Shown here piece after piece: positions 39,159 to 53,120 of a DNA stretch of 64,000 nt. The stretch is from contig JBNZDD010013687.1 of the NCBI GenBank assembly GCA_050575255.1, positions 537,024 to 601,023 on the forward strand, read 5' to 3'. Each line of letters begins with the position of its first letter. The stretch's first letter is position 1. This DNA comes from Harriotta raleighana. Its lineage: Eukaryota. The position numbers and the translations under genes are program-made. The notes beneath the pieces were generated by a model. That model had not been told where the DNA came from, did no database searches, and saw nothing but the letters and a program-made list of their open reading frames with translations.

Positions 39159-42100
39159 TGGCGATTATTACAATGTTGTTGAATAGCAACAGTAAAAGCA
39201 AAATTTCAGGTGTTATCTCTCTGCTGGCCTGTGATAGGTATGCAATTTGCGATCTGAACCTCAGAGATTCGTCCTCTCCTCACATGCAAGTATTTATTCT
39301 GAAAACATTGGTTAAACTCGCACCTGAATGAGCTATATTTGGATCACCGCGTTTTACAAATAAACTATTTAACAACAAGAAAAGCAAACACACCCTAAAA
39401 TATTTTAGCTATGGCGTGAAATTCTGTTTTGATTGCGTATTTCTAATTTCCTATTTTAAACTCATTAACAACCCAAAAAAAACTATAATGATTGGCTGCA
39501 TCATGGCAAAGTGGCTTGTTTAACACTGTCAGAGATGTTTTCACATGTTAAAATGTGTTTCCTTGCATCTCTTCATTTGCTCCCTTTACTGAGATGTACT
39601 CTTTATCTTTGCATTCATGGATTATCACAATTACTAAATTATTACGCTTACCAAATCCATTTCAAAATTGAATGCATGAAAATTCATCTATGTGTTGTGT
39701 AGATTTTTTTTTCCTTTACACCAAATTAGTAGTGAGCAGAAAGTGTTCTAGACGTAGTCATCCAGTGAGCATCACTTTGTTTCCATCTGTGATACGTACA
39801 GGAGTTCAGAAAGCCCTTACTCCTTGGTGTCAAGCATCCATTTGCACAGTCTTGTACAATATTTTGATTTGTTTTACAATGTACTTATTTTTCAAGATGG
39901 CTGTAAATAATCCACAAAACCTGAGTCTGAGAACAGTAAATTGACTTTGATATGTGGTTGTTTAGTGCTGTTGATTTGAAGTCCTCGGTTCCATCATAAG
40001 TCCTATTGAATCATTTACTAAAATGAATTGTTGCAATTTTAGCAATTGGTGAAAATAGCTATTTATTACTGGCAAGCATTTTTCATCTGCTCTGCAAGCC
40101 TGACAATCAGGAATGTTGATCTTAATTTCAGAATGTTCCCTTTTCTGTTCCTAGTTATGGATGGCAATTTAATATTTATCTTTAAAAGTTTGCATTTTAT
40201 TTCCTGTGCTTTTGTGTCCGACTTTTAAAGAATTTAGAATTTCCTCTAAATGCCGTGTGAAGAAGTTGAGAAGTAATGACTGCTGGCCAGTCAATTGGAA
40301 TCTGAGTTTTTGAGCCTCTGGGTATTACTGTGGATTATGCACTGAAACAGAAATACTTCTGTGTAAGACTAGGCAATTTAAATCAGGTGTTTTGTTCTCA
40401 AACATCATATCCATGCTGCCTGGCAAGAATTTTGTGCTCTTTATGGTGAGCTGCACTTTATCCACTTGCAATAGCTACATTAGGGAATTATTGCATTTTC
40501 ATCACTGAGGAATGTTTGCTGTGTCTATTTGCAATTTCTAGAGTCAGTCAGATACTGAGATCAAAATGGCATTTCTCTTTTGATCTCGATGTTGTTTCAT
40601 ACAGCAATTACTTGACTAGATTTTTGTCTGTGTATTTACCCTCTCTTTCTTTTCTTGCTTTTCCTTTTCTGATGGTTGTGACTAATTCTGGGGTATGGAT
40701 CCGCGGGCACTGGCAAGTCTCTGCTAGTTAAGTGATGGTTCCTTTTGTGTGTGCGTATACCTTTAGCCATCGCCAGGCTTTTTTCCACTGCCTACACCGA
40801 GTCAGTTGCACAGCAGCAACCAAGTGTCACACTTGATCCATGAGCTGCTAAGCTAAGTTTCCAATTGGTAAATAAAAAGAAACACTAACTTTTTTTTCCC
40901 ATGGTTGTCCCATTTTTGTCCCATGATATCTGAATATCAGCAATGACTTGTGATCTGCAATGAATGCCACAGATGTATGTCTGTTGCTGGAGACACACTC
41001 TGGCTATGTAAATGCAAGTTGTTGTTATTTGATTGTACACCACTGATTTTGATCATAAATAATTTGGGAAGAAATACGAGCATGATACTGGTCAATATTT
41101 GCCAGTGACTTATTCAGTTGATAGTTGCAATCAATGATTAGTATGATTACTAATCATAGTCTCCATGATTGTGTCCATTTCTGTGTGTGTGTGTAGTATA
41201 CAGTGTATATACTGTGTATATATACACACACACAAAAATTCAAGGATAGGAGCTTAGTGATCGATATCCATCAGTTGGAAAAAGTATGTATGAAATACAT
41301 GATATTAACACTTTTACTTCAGTGTTTCCATCGTGAATTACAAATTGGGGGTTGGTAAATATGCATTTATAGTCAGACTACGCAGCCGTAAAAGGAAACA
41401 TTGCTTTGCTCGTTTACGACAACAACATCTTGACTCATTTTTGTGAGATCGACTGTTCTGATGAAGTTGGAGCGCAAATAAAGTTGCGATCAATCATTGT
41501 AGCAAATATCATAGTAGCTGACAGACCAGGTCACTGGGTTAGTAGTTCAAGTTGCTCCCAGTTTGTTGCAGGGTCAGTAATTCATCAAAGTGGATCAGGA
41601 CCGCATGGTGAGAAGTAACATAAATCTGTGAGCAAATGGTGAGCTATGGCAGGATCTCTTCACAGAACACCTGCTGAATGTCTTGAATAGAGTGCAGCCA
41701 AGCACCACAAAAAACAGAAGCTAGTAACTCACTCAAGTGGGAGATACACGCTCTTCAAATCTTGGACAGCTGCATTTCTGGTAATGCGATACATTTGTGT
41801 GACCCCCATGCCAGCTACTCTTCATTGGTCAGGGGCGAGATCCATCTGGAATACACGTCCGGGCAGCAGACTCCCAGTTGGAATGATGGAACTGACATTT
41901 TACATTCCTAAACTACTTCTGTTAAAGTAAACTGTACAAAATATTGCATGGAAAAACGGGTCTCTTATTGATTGAATACAATTTAATTTGCAACCAGTTT
42001 GCACCCGCAATTTGCTTAACTGCAGTGAAACTTGAGCTGCCCATTTCTTTTACCCATTTTTATGTACACGGTTGAGTGTTTGATGTACTTGGTGACTGGT

Positions 42101-45100
42101 TTTCATGGTGGACATGAACATGGCTCAGGATGTCTCGTCAGCTTTTCCCCAGTCACTGTTCAGTGTCTCCTCTGTCGCCATGGCTGACATCAAGAAATCC
42201 AGTGTGTTAACTACTGGTAATACTCGTGACGCACAATTTGTGATGTTTGGTGTCAGGATCTGTGCGTATTATTCAATTGGGAAGTTATTTTTGTGCTGCG
42301 AGTAGCTACCGTTGTATAACCATATATGTACTTCATGTCCTTAATGATGATGTTCAAGCCAGATGTCTGTGACAATTATTGAGAAATAATTGTTTGCATG
42401 AAATTGTGTGTAATATCCAGAATCTGTTATCAATTTGACTTTGGACAAATGTTGAGAAGAATCTTTTAAAATATCCATGTTCAAGTTGGCACATAGTATA
42501 ACAGGCTGGTGCCATCAGTTGAATGATCTCACACAACAGTAAAGTTCAGCAAAAATCTTACACAACCGTTTTCCTGCGTTGTGATTTTTTTTTTGCAACT
42601 AACCTTGGTTGTCCTTTATTCCAAGAGGCAGCATTCCAGCTTCTTGTGCCCTGTTATTGCAAGGCTCTCTTTGAAGGTAATAATTTTAACTGTGGCATCA
42701 GCAAGAAATACCAGTCATCATTTTTTTTCACTTTCCCTGTAATGCTACCTTGATCCATTCACTTGGGAATCTGTGAGTTGTTTTGGCTGTTGCTGTCTTC
42801 AAAAAGTCTGGATTATGTCATTATCCTTTCCCCGTCAAAATCACAATATTTATTTAAGTAATTCCAGTTATTTTACCATGTATGTTCCCTTTCCAGTGCT
42901 TTTCTACAGCTGGTAACTTCAGCACACCGAGAATAACTGCGTGCAAACTTCACAATTTCTACTCGATTGTGATGTATTTCTCAGAGGGAGATTGGAAGTG
43001 TGATTTCCAGTGGTTGTCCTGGATTCATGTGCAACACTTAGCAGTGGAGTGAGAGGAGCCCATTTCCTTTGGCTGAGTCCTAACAATTCTCCCCTCATTT
43101 TAACATGGGTGACTGTCAATGATAACTATGACCAGATGCAAATGAATGGGATAACGATTTTGTTTCTTTCTAATGTTTTTTACAAATGAGATTTTTACTT
43201 TACTTGCTTATTTCTGACTCTAGCCATTGAAATGGTTAGTGAATGTTGCTGTACGTTAATAGGTGCTATGTGAATTTGATTGTTGCTTTTTTTTCCAAGC
43301 AGCGTTTGCATGGGAACAAAATATTATCAATGAAACATTTTTATTTTTCCTAAACCACTGTGATTTAGCATGATGACTTTAGGCACCCATGATTTTTTTT
43401 AAAAATAAAAAATAATAATTTGATTCAGCACATAATTTGACAAGCTATTTCTTAACGAAGAACCATTGCAAGGCTATAAAAGCAATCCCATTTAAGATCA
43501 AAGCAATGTGACATATAAACCGAGGCTTTGTGAAAAATGCCTTTGCCCCCACTCCAAGATTAAAATGCTATTTGGCTGAAATTGAATAGTCAATCGTACT
43601 TTTCCCAAATCTATTTTGTTTTATTTATGTGTTTCATGTTTCAACAAAAAAAAAGCCAAAAATAGCAACTGCTTCTAATTTGAATACTTGGCTAAAGAGA
43701 GTCCAATGTGGAGACATTAGAGGATTAGACCCAGCCAATCCGTTGGCATTGGAGCCAATATGTAGACATGAGGCTTTTTCACGTATTATATTCTTGTTAT
43801 GGTGCCACCTCAGTTTAATGATATTGACCTGTTAGTTCAGTGTTTTTTTCAACAGAAAAATAAATATGCAGCAGTATGTATTTCTGTGTTTCAAAAAGAA
43901 TATCAGTGACAGTAAGAGCAAATTTTTTATTTTATTTTACAACCATTGCAGCATTTAGCAATGTTTTTCTGTGCACCAAGGAGGTTGAAACCACATCAAT
44001 CCGTGGAAAGTTGACTGTGTTTTGACAGATTTTTAGGCAGCATGGAGTGTTTTTGTTAGTTAAATCAAATGTACAGTGTTATTCTCCACCCCTCCTGTAA
44101 ATTTCCTAGCAAAAGTCCATGTGGCCTACACTCCTTCACATCTGAGGAGTGCCATCCCATTTATGATTTCCACCGAAATCATATGGTTTATTTCTTGGGT
44201 CAACACACTCAGAATTCCCATTTCAGCAGAACATCAGTTAACACATAATGTTTTGCCATGGCGGTTAAGCAAAGAATATGCTCCCAATTGAGAGGTTCGA
44301 ATTTGACAATCCAGAATCCTGCACGTACCAACCAGGATATGTCTCAGGAAATCAGTCTGTTATCAATCTGCGTTCTGACTTTTAGATTGTGGGCTCGGTG
44401 CTTGGCAAGAGGTTGGCGCCCGTGCATTTCCACATTTTCTATGTTCAAATAAATCCTCTTGTGAATCTTGCATTTCTGACACCTGCATTTAAAAAAAAAT
44501 AATAATAATTCTCAGTCTGCAGCTTTACAAATCTGTTCATTGGAAACACTTTTTTAAATTTACAGATATATATATTTTAGTGAATGTTGATTTGAGCAAG
44601 TTTTTTTTTAGTTGTGGAGGTGGTTTGGAGTTGAGCGAGGAAAGCAAATATTTTATTAAGTGTAATATTTGGCGGCAAAGTTTTTTTGTTTTGTTTTTGT
44701 TTTTGTGTGTGTTTAAAATGTGTCCAGAGATTTAGCTAAACTCCACTCTGCCGTATTTACTTCCTCCACTTTGTCTCCAGTGTTTTCTTCTCCCCTGTCT
44801 GAGACATCAGTCTGTTCGCCGTTCATTTGTGAACTCATTCCAATTCAAGGACTCCATAACTTATTGCAGATGTAACTCTTCTAGTCTCTCCACTTTTCCA
44901 GAGTCTTTTGTCCTTATTCCTGGTTTGTAGCTTCCCTTGGGAATCTCCTGCACTCAGCTCTCCCGTGGCTCCCTTCATTCTCCAGCCAACATATTTCTAA
45001 ACTCTTAGATGTGACTTGTTCCTTCAATCCCAGAGCCTTCAAGTAAATCCAGAATACTGAATTCTAACTCCAAAAAGCTTTCCAGCTGCCTTAATAGTTT

Positions 45101-46589
45101 TTGATTGACAGTTGTTGTGCCAAATTGGAAGCTTTGCAAGTGAGAGAGAGTGTCGCAGTGTGACTGAGTGCTGCCATTATTCTCTGCCACACCATGTTAT
45201 GGCAAATCCCCATGGACACATACACTTTACGCAATGATGTTTTTGTTTTTGGTTCATCAAATTAAATGGATTCTGTTTCATGCCTACCTCGGTATTGGGG
45301 GGAAAAAAAAGTATTTGTGCTTGATGAGTTTGAACCAATTTCATGGAGTGAATAAACATATCTCATTCAAATAATTGATAGTGTATCAGAAATAATCCCT
45401 TTTTTTTAATGAGGTGCCTTTAGGTGGAGGTCTCAATAATATGGATCAATATCAGAGGTGGCGATTTCCTATATTCTCTTGTACAATTAAATTAATACTT
45501 TTTTGTATTGTAGAACTGGTCACCATTGTTTTATTATTCTTTGAGAACTGAAAGCTCCACAGCTGTAGAGCTTCAATATCTTGAGTTCAGCCTATGGTCA
45601 GTTACAGTCTGTAGTTTTGAGGAAGCAACAGTTTGTGAAATGTTAGATAGAAGACAACCACACTGTTCCTAGGTCAGTAATTGTCATTTTAATGAAGTGC
45701 ATGTGTGATTAAGGATGTTGTGGCTCCTTATCAAACCATGTTGCTCCACAACATAATTGTAGCATTTATATAATTAATAATCTGATGAAATACAAAATAT
45801 ATTTGCAAGGAATCTCAAGTAAAGGATTATATGGGGAGAAAATACCAGGCTATTGTTGCTCGCTTGCCTCAAACTGAAACGGAGAAAGACTCCCAATTTA
45901 TGCACATATAACTCCAATTTTATTTAATATGTTATTAGCAATAATTATGCACTGTATTTGTCTCTAAATTCATTTGAACACAAAAATTACTGTGGCATGT
46001 GCAGATGAACGCTCTCACCCCGACCCACCCCCGTAAAATATAATGCTGAGTTGGTTTTTTTCAGACTATTTGAACATATTTCCTAGTTCATTGCTTTTTT
46101 TTTACTGATTTTTTTTCATTTCATAGCTTTTTTTTGGCGGGGTGTGAGTATTCCTTCTCTTCAGTTTCTTGGTCACTGCTTTTCTTGCTTCACGAAAACT
46201 ACTCGTGATTTTGTTGGCAGCTGCTATTAGTTCAACTTCCCATTTCTAATTTTGTAGCCTGTCCTTTCCCATTTCTTTCCAGTGACCTTCAGTGGTTGTG
46301 GTGCTCAGGTCTTCCAAAGGAGTTCAGTCTGCCAGTGGAACCCAGGGAGCCAGTAAGTCTCTTTATGTGGGCAAGGGGCCTAGAAACTTTACATATTGAC
46401 ATCCATGGCTGTCTTTTTCTCTCTTTCCCCTCATTCCTTGTAGAGTCATATCTTCAACCTCCTAAGGTTGTTGTGCCAACAAATAATGATGGGTAACAAG
46501 TGGTGAACAATTGTCGATCCATTCTGCTCTCAGGAAAGGTCTGCTGTCGTTGGAGACAAATGGAAATTTATGTTGTCAGTTTCTGGTAC

Positions 46590-46688
46590 TCTACCTTTCA
46601 TGAAGGACACTATATCAATGCAAGTTGTTGTTGTATGTTGACAAATTAAGTCTGGCGTGGAGGCGCTATATAAATCGATGTTGTTGTT
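46590..46688 (+). mobile_element. Two adjacent very short LINE/SINE tails
   Basis: CATGAAGGACACTATATCAATGCAAG(TTG)n, then TCTGGCGTGGAGGCGCTATATAAATCGATG(TTG)n (family A half-hairpin). Confidence 0.65.
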
Positions 46689-47756
46689 ATAGTTATAAAG
46701 CCATTTGGTCAAAGCCTGGTGAAGAAATGTAACATTAACTTTGTATAAATAAAAGCCTCATTGGTATCTCTTGCCTAATTCAGTGATGCTGAAATTTTGT
46801 CAGGTTTCAACTGCAGCTGAATAAACTGATGTGATCTTCATGACTGTGACCAAATTGTAAGTGGAAACTTTATGAGGTGAATGTTGCAAGGATCATGCGG
46901 ACAAGACATGATCATGAGATGAGGGTGGTCTGCCAGTCCAGACATCTCTTCTGACCTCTTTCTCACTTGTTCAGATGTTAGATTCCAAAACAACAACAGA
47001 AATTCTGAACACTGTTTGTAATCTGAGCAGTTTTCTTGCTAGACATTTTGCATGTCACTGTAAATTTTACCACAAAATATTATGTAACAGTTGAACAAGG
47101 GCTAAACATTGTACCAATGAATTCAGTGGCAAGTCCCTGGCTTGAACAGTAAGCGCCGGTCTGCCAAATCTGCTTCTTATTGGGTGGTGTAGAGTCAACT
47201 GTTAGCTATTTATTCTGGGTGCAGTACAATCCCCGATGGTCTTGTTTGCATTCATTTATCAAGCAAACTTGGCAGATTAATGTCTTTATTGATGACAGTC
47301 TGGGAATTGCTATTGAATGTATTTGCAGCTCTGCTACGCATGCAAACTGCTTGCTCTTGTTTAATTGTAACATAATATTTAGCTGTGAAATGCACAATAA
47401 CACTCTTCCAAGGGATGATACCCAGATATTTGGCGCAAGTGCTCCAAATTGTTTAATTCCAAAGATTATTGAGGTTGGAAATATCAAAAATGTATCAGCA
47501 CAGATAATGAATGGCAGATTTGCTGAAGCAATTTGGGTTTGCTTCTGATTATCTTGATTGGAACCATAAAGAGAAATCTGTAGAACTGTCTTTGTTTGCT
47601 TCTCAATTTGCTTTCCCCTTTAATTGCCTTTCAATGAAATCCATCACCGAATTTCTCTTATTTGGCCTGATTGGGTAGATTTTAGTTTAATGAAATGTAG
47701 CATTGAACTCAGTGATTGTAACCACTGGTGCAAGTCTGATGCATTTGAGGATACTG

Positions 47757-48067
47757 TAATAATAATAATCCTTGCATTTGATATAATGCTTTTCATGTAT
47801 TCTAGAAGTGCTTCGCAGAATATATTGTAAAGTGAATTGACTGTCTATTTTATGGGCGGTACGCGGCGGTCGGTCCCCCGTAGAAATGTCCTACAAACAG
47901 TCATGGATTGAGTGACCAAATTATTATTGGTTTTTTTTCCTTGAGGGATAATTATTGGGCATGTGTAGTATGGAATCTTGTCCAACGATACAAGTTTCCT
48001 GCCGGGAATTGAACCAAGGTCTCTCACTTGCAAGGCGAGTGCACTAACCACTGAGCTACAGGACTCC
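47757..48067 (-). mobile_element. Full-length tRNA-derived SINE
   Basis: Head GGAGTCCTGTAGCTCAGTGGTTAGTGCACTCGCCTTGCAAGTGAGAGACCTTGGTTCAATTCCCGGC and (ATT)n tail. Confidence 0.93.
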
Positions 48068-48446
48068 ACAAATATTAGTATTATTGCTGAGTTGGAATGA
48101 GAGAACGCTTGGCTGTATTGGAACACCAGTCTCTTGGGGTTTGAGAACCTGACGCACTCCATCATAGAAATAAAATGAGAAATAGAAAGGAGACTGCTCT
48201 GTTGAATAACAGTGTTATCCCGAGAGTGAAAAAGACTTCAAAACTGCATGGTGAAGCTCCCTGTGATGCAACGTGTATCAATTCATAAAATAACTTCTAG
48301 ATTATAGGTATATTCCTATAGGTATTGAGCTGCACCTCACATCATCTGGTCAGAACGTTTCACAAGGCTGATGGCGACTAACCTACGAGGTACAGTGGCA
48401 CATATGGATTTCATACAGTCTTCTGTATTTTGTACTCTTCAATCAT

Positions 48447-48525
48447 CTGTCCAGCGCCTTGGGACGTCCTCCTGACGTGAAACGCGCTCTATAAATGTAA
48501 TTTTGTTGTTGTTGTTGTTGTTGTT
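48447..48525 (+). mobile_element. L2 family B terminal stem-loop-only insertion
   Basis: CTGTCCAGCGCCTTGGGACGTCCTCCTGACGTGAAACGCGCTCTATAAATGTAATTT(TGT)n. Confidence 0.88.
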
Positions 48526-49740
48526 CACTGTATCTGAAATTTATGCTGAAGCAAAACATTTGACAGGGTGATTTAGAAATCAGCGTCAGACTGGTAATGT
48601 GTCTGATCATTTATTAGTTCGTTCAGAAAGAAAACTTGAAACATTACTCATTTCAAAAGACTCAGCAGTCCCCGAGTGTCGTGTTTTTTTTTAATTAAAG
48701 AAAAGGTAGATGGAGGTTTAATGAGTGTTCGAAAAAGTTTTTTATAATGCATTCCATCAGTTTATGCTTGTGGCATTTGATAAATTCACGCATTTTGCAG
48801 TAGTTGCTGATTGCCTTAATCAGATCTCTTGAATGAGTTGCCTGGTGTCATGGTACCCTTAAGGAATGTTGCTTCCTGAAGCAGTGGCTAATTCTGTCTC
48901 GCCTAACTAATTATTGTCAATATTTAAAAATTCATTGTAATCCTACTTTATTTAAACTACATTGTGAAAATGGATTACAAAATGATGAAATCTGTCTGAT
49001 TTTCTTCCTCTGCACTGAGTGTGACTGAGAAGGGATGTTGTGCTTAAGTTTCAGCTGCTGTTTTTCTATAGTTTTGGTGATGATGCAGTTATATAAGCCA
49101 CTTGTCTGTTCCAGAACATTTTAATTGCTCTATACTGTTTTTGAAATTGATTTTGATTACGGGCTGTTTCACATTAAAGGCAGGTGAAGGATGCATCAAC
49201 ATTCATTAAAATCTGCTTGAGGTGGTTGCTTGCAAGGAGGTGAATTCATGTGAATGCTGAAAGAAAAGTGCATTATATTGGGAACAACAAATGATACCCT
49301 TCAGGTGAAAGAAATCCTCATGCAGATGTTTTGTCATGACTACTCCTGACTCATAAGGAGGAACTTAAAGCTAAGAATTAATTTTCTTGTCTGGGGCTGT
49401 TGAGCAGTTGGTCTGTCATCCTTGCCACACCTATTGTTAGCAAAGAGGTTTGAGTTTTGCTATTTTAAAATAAAACAGAGTTCCTGCATCACTTCAGACC
49501 CAGCTCAAATGATCACCGTTACCTGTCCTGGCTACTGAAGTTCTTTAAAGCTTAGTTTGTCGTAGGAAGATTACAAAATATACTGATTGGCACTATTGAG
49601 CAGTGGCGATGTGCAGTGAAACTGATTCTCATCAACTGATACCCAAAACTTAAATTTGAATATGAAATTTTGTGTTGTTTCTGCTGATCAGCAATTCTAA
49701 TTATCCAAAGGTGGTTCAGACACCAGCTATAATGATCCAC

Positions 49741-50526
49741 AACAATAACAACAAAATTACACTTGTATAGCACCTTTCACGTCGGGAGGACGTCGCAAAG
49801 CGCTGAACAGTCAGGTCAGGACCTGAGCATGGTGGGGTTGCAGGTAGGGGGAGGGGGAAGGAGAGTGGGAAGAGTTGGGGGGGGGGGGGGGGGGNNNNNN
49901 NNNNNNNNNNNNNNNNNNNNNNNNNNNNNNNNNNNNNNNNNNNNNNNNNAACCAAAGACGTGGTCGAAGAGGAAGGTCTTGAGACCGGCCTTGAAGGAGG
50001 AATGATAGGAAGCAAGGCAGAGGGACTGTGGGATGGAGTTCCATAATGTGGGGGCAGAGAGGCTGAATGCCCGGCTGAATGCCGATGGTTGGGCAATTTG
50101 GACGGTGGACATGGCTGAATGGAGGGTGCGGGCAGGCTGATAGGAAGATAGCAGGTTAGAGAGATAGGCGGGGACAAGGCCGAGAATGGCCTTGAAGGTG
50201 AAGACAAGGATCTTGAAGTTGATCCTCTGGGGGATGGGGAGCCAGTGGATGGGGGCGAGGGTGGGAGTGATGTGGTCGCGAAGCTTGGTGTAGGAGAGTA
50301 CACGGGCTGCAGAATTCTGAATGATCTGCAGCCTGTGAAGGGAGGAGTTGGGAAGTCCGACGAGGAGAGAGTTCCCATAGTCAAGCCTGGAAGTGATGAA
50401 GGCGTGAATGAGAGTTTCGGCGGTGTGGGGGGGTAAGGTAGTGGCGGAGGCTGGCGATGTTGCTGAGGTGATGGAAGGCTGTGCCGGTCGTGGAGCAGAT
50501 GTGGGGCAGGAAGGACAGTTCGGGGT
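49741..50526 (-). mobile_element. L2-clade LINE, 5'-truncated (family B), spanning a 55-N gap (49895-49949)
   Basis: The minus strand encodes AFHHLSNIASLRHYL..AETLIHAFITSRLDYGNSLLVGLP..LQIIQNSAARVL..DHITPTL..HWLPIPQRINFKILVFTFKA..AFSLSAPTLWNSIP. The 3' stem-loop and (TTG)n tail are present. Confidence 0.92.
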
Positions 50527-50729
50527 AGACCCTAACCTGTTCTGGCTAATATTGGTCTTTTAGCTGATTTAAAAAAATATATATATATACATGCAATATA
50601 TCAAGTTGTTTAACGNGGGCAGGAAGGACAGTTCGGGGTAGACCCTAACCTGTTCTGGCTAATATTAGTCTTTTAGCTGATTTAAAAAAATATATATATA
50701 TATACATGCAATATATCAAGTTGTTTAAC
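50504..50729. other. Probable assembly artefact: about 112-bp duplication around a single N (50616)
   Basis: 50504-50614 and 50617-50729 differ only by one substitution (ATTGGTC vs ATTAGTC) and the A-run/(AT)n tract length. Confidence 0.85.
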
Positions 50730-52818
50730 AGTATCAGGACTGTTGGTATAAAATATCGCTCATCATTCAAAACTCATTACTTTAGCTATTTCCCATAATA
50801 GCCGTATTTTGGGCTGTTCTAAATTAGGATGTTTCTCAGGATGGATAAGGATGATACATTTCTCAGGAGGAGCCTAGCAATGTAGAAAATCCACCAGTTT
50901 TAGCTCTGGTCAGGAAACTAGTTTCTGTTTATTTTCCTACAATTTCAGGGCAATCATATAGTCAGTAAAAATTATTTTGCATTGGTTTAAAAGCAATATT
51001 CTCTTATATTCTTCAAAACGCTATGGGACATGAAGCATTTCCCAGTCAACAGGATGTTCAAACAATCTGCTCTCAGGCTTCCATGCATGGAGCCCTTCAG
51101 ACAGTCTCTGGCATGGATAAGAGACAAAACTTGAAATCTCCGCCAGAGAGTTTTTGTTTTTCTATAGGGAAATGTAGAGAAAGTGGGAGCTGATTCAAGC
51201 AATGCAAGGTGACAAAGCAAAACGAATAAGATTTTTTTAAAAAATCGTACTGATCAAGAGATGCAAGAAAGCCGGGACAAAGTGTAAAACTGCTGGGTTT
51301 TCCCTCAAATGAAATTAGTCACCAAAGTTATTCATTTCCTGAAAATTATTTGGAACTTGATGTCAATGTGATGTGAATCGTGAAAAAAAGGAAATATGGT
51401 CCATTCCACATTGCCATCTCTGCTCTGCTGTGAGTTATACAAAGCTTTTGGTGTGATCGTAATGTTTAGTCACTCTGAGTGCAGGTTTATACAGGTTCAT
51501 TTAATGGTCTGAGATTACTGCTATGGTTGAAGTGACTCAAATACTGATATAAAAAAAATATGGCCATCAACTGAGTCCTCATGCCTGCTTTGACAATGCA
51601 ACTGGGATCTGCTTTACAAATGAATTCACAAAGGTCTGTGTGAACAGGTCAGGCAGTGGTAATCTGGCATGCATTGTGAATTAGGAGCATAATGAACCAA
51701 AGAGGAGTAGAAATAAGTGAACTACCACAATTTACACAATGCTTGTTTAAATGGCTAATTATGCAGACTATTTTGCAAAGTGCTGAAAGAGTTAATTGGA
51801 TTTTTTTTGTCTCAACAACCAATGTTGCGTTTGATTTTCATAAACACCCAAAGCTTTATTTTTTTCAATGGCTTCTGCAACATTTGCTCAGTGCCATTGA
51901 AATCCACTTAAGCACTGATTAACTTATTATATCCTGACACATTCCAGAGCTTATTGGGACTGTTTAATTTGATCTCAATTACTATTGTATGAACGTTGCT
52001 GGGGTGACAAAGTGATCCAAATGAATTCCTGAAGGCAAGAGGTCCCTGCATCTCATCAGAAGCAGAGCTCCGTAGAAACATGACAGCAGATAGAGCAAAA
52101 CTCTGCTCCTGACCTCCACTACTCCCTCCCACTTCTAACCAAAAGCTCCTCGAATCTTACCAAGCTAATTCAGCTGCCTGCTTTCGACTCTCCAAGAGAT
52201 TCCCAGCGAGAGCATTACAGAATTCTTTCTATGCAAGTGTGTATTGTTTTTTTCTCTGTGGGATCTGGCATATTAATCTCAGACAGCCGTCCTGGCATTT
52301 GCAAGTGACCTGAAATTAATATGGAGATATATCGAATGTGCACATTTCCTCCCTGTGGAGTTTGGAGGTCTTCAGGCAGGATTCTTCATTCGATAACCTA
52401 GTTTAACAGTTAAATCCAATGGAATGTGAAATGGCTAATGTTTTATTTGCTTAAAAAAAAATCAGATTGTCATTATAAAGAAGTTTACTAGGCTTTTTAC
52501 TGCTATGAACAATGCAATGAAGTGTGAAATATTCAATTGCACTTAAGTATGGAGATGTAGACCAATAAATGCCAGGTCCTACACATGGAAAATGACCTGG
52601 ATGTGATTATTGATTGTTCACTGAATGTTTCCAGTCAAAGTAACATGCAAATCAAATCCTTCTACTAGATTGCGTCTTGAAGGTCATTCGCTGGATATCA
52701 AATTAAAGGGTTTTACTGCACTCCAAGATATTATTGTATGTGAAGGGTGCTATATAAATGCAGTGTGTTGTATTTTTAACATAAGATAGATCACTGACAA
52801 GGTCTCGCTGAGAAAATT

Positions 52819-53120
52819 CTGTGCAGTTTTGGACATCCTATCTTTGAATGGCCATTGAAATAAGCAGAGAATAGGTTCAGCGGAGGACAGCGGGGTAACT
52901 TTGGAAAGTTATAATGAAAGATTTCAGAGAACCGATTGGCTTTTACTAGGAAAAACAGCTTGAGGTGGTCTTGATCCAGGTCTTTAAAATAACAAGACGT
53001 TGATGATGGTGGTATAAGAAGCTCATCTGACTTAATATGAGAACAAAACCGCTGGAAATACAGTATGTTTAAATTGCAAAAATCTCAAGCAGGCCTATCG
53101 ATTAGAAAAACTATCTCAGA
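52819..53120 (+). mobile_element. Old CR1 ORF2 C-terminal fragment
   Basis: TGTGCAGTTTTGGACATCC (VQFW.P), GTTCAGCGGAGG (VQRR) and TGAGGTGGTCTTGATCCAGGTCTTTAAAATA (LIQVFKI). Confidence 0.65.

Noticed and set aside
47995-48067. tRNA-Ala(TGC)-like sequence (also at about 8235-8305, 26745-26816 and 61521-61590)
   Set aside because: These are SINE heads. They continue into a shared SINE body and tail and lack a proper acceptor stem.
49846-49949. Long G run next to the 55-N gap
   Set aside because: It is the purine tract of the L2 3' UTR where sequencing failed, so its length is unreliable.
49716-50384. 222-aa Pro/Ser-rich ORF
   Set aside because: It is an off-frame reading of the C-rich L2 strand running through an N gap.
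50504-50729. Apparent 112-bp tandem duplication at the L2 5' end
   Set aside because: It has the same single-N junction signature and is not a target-site duplication.
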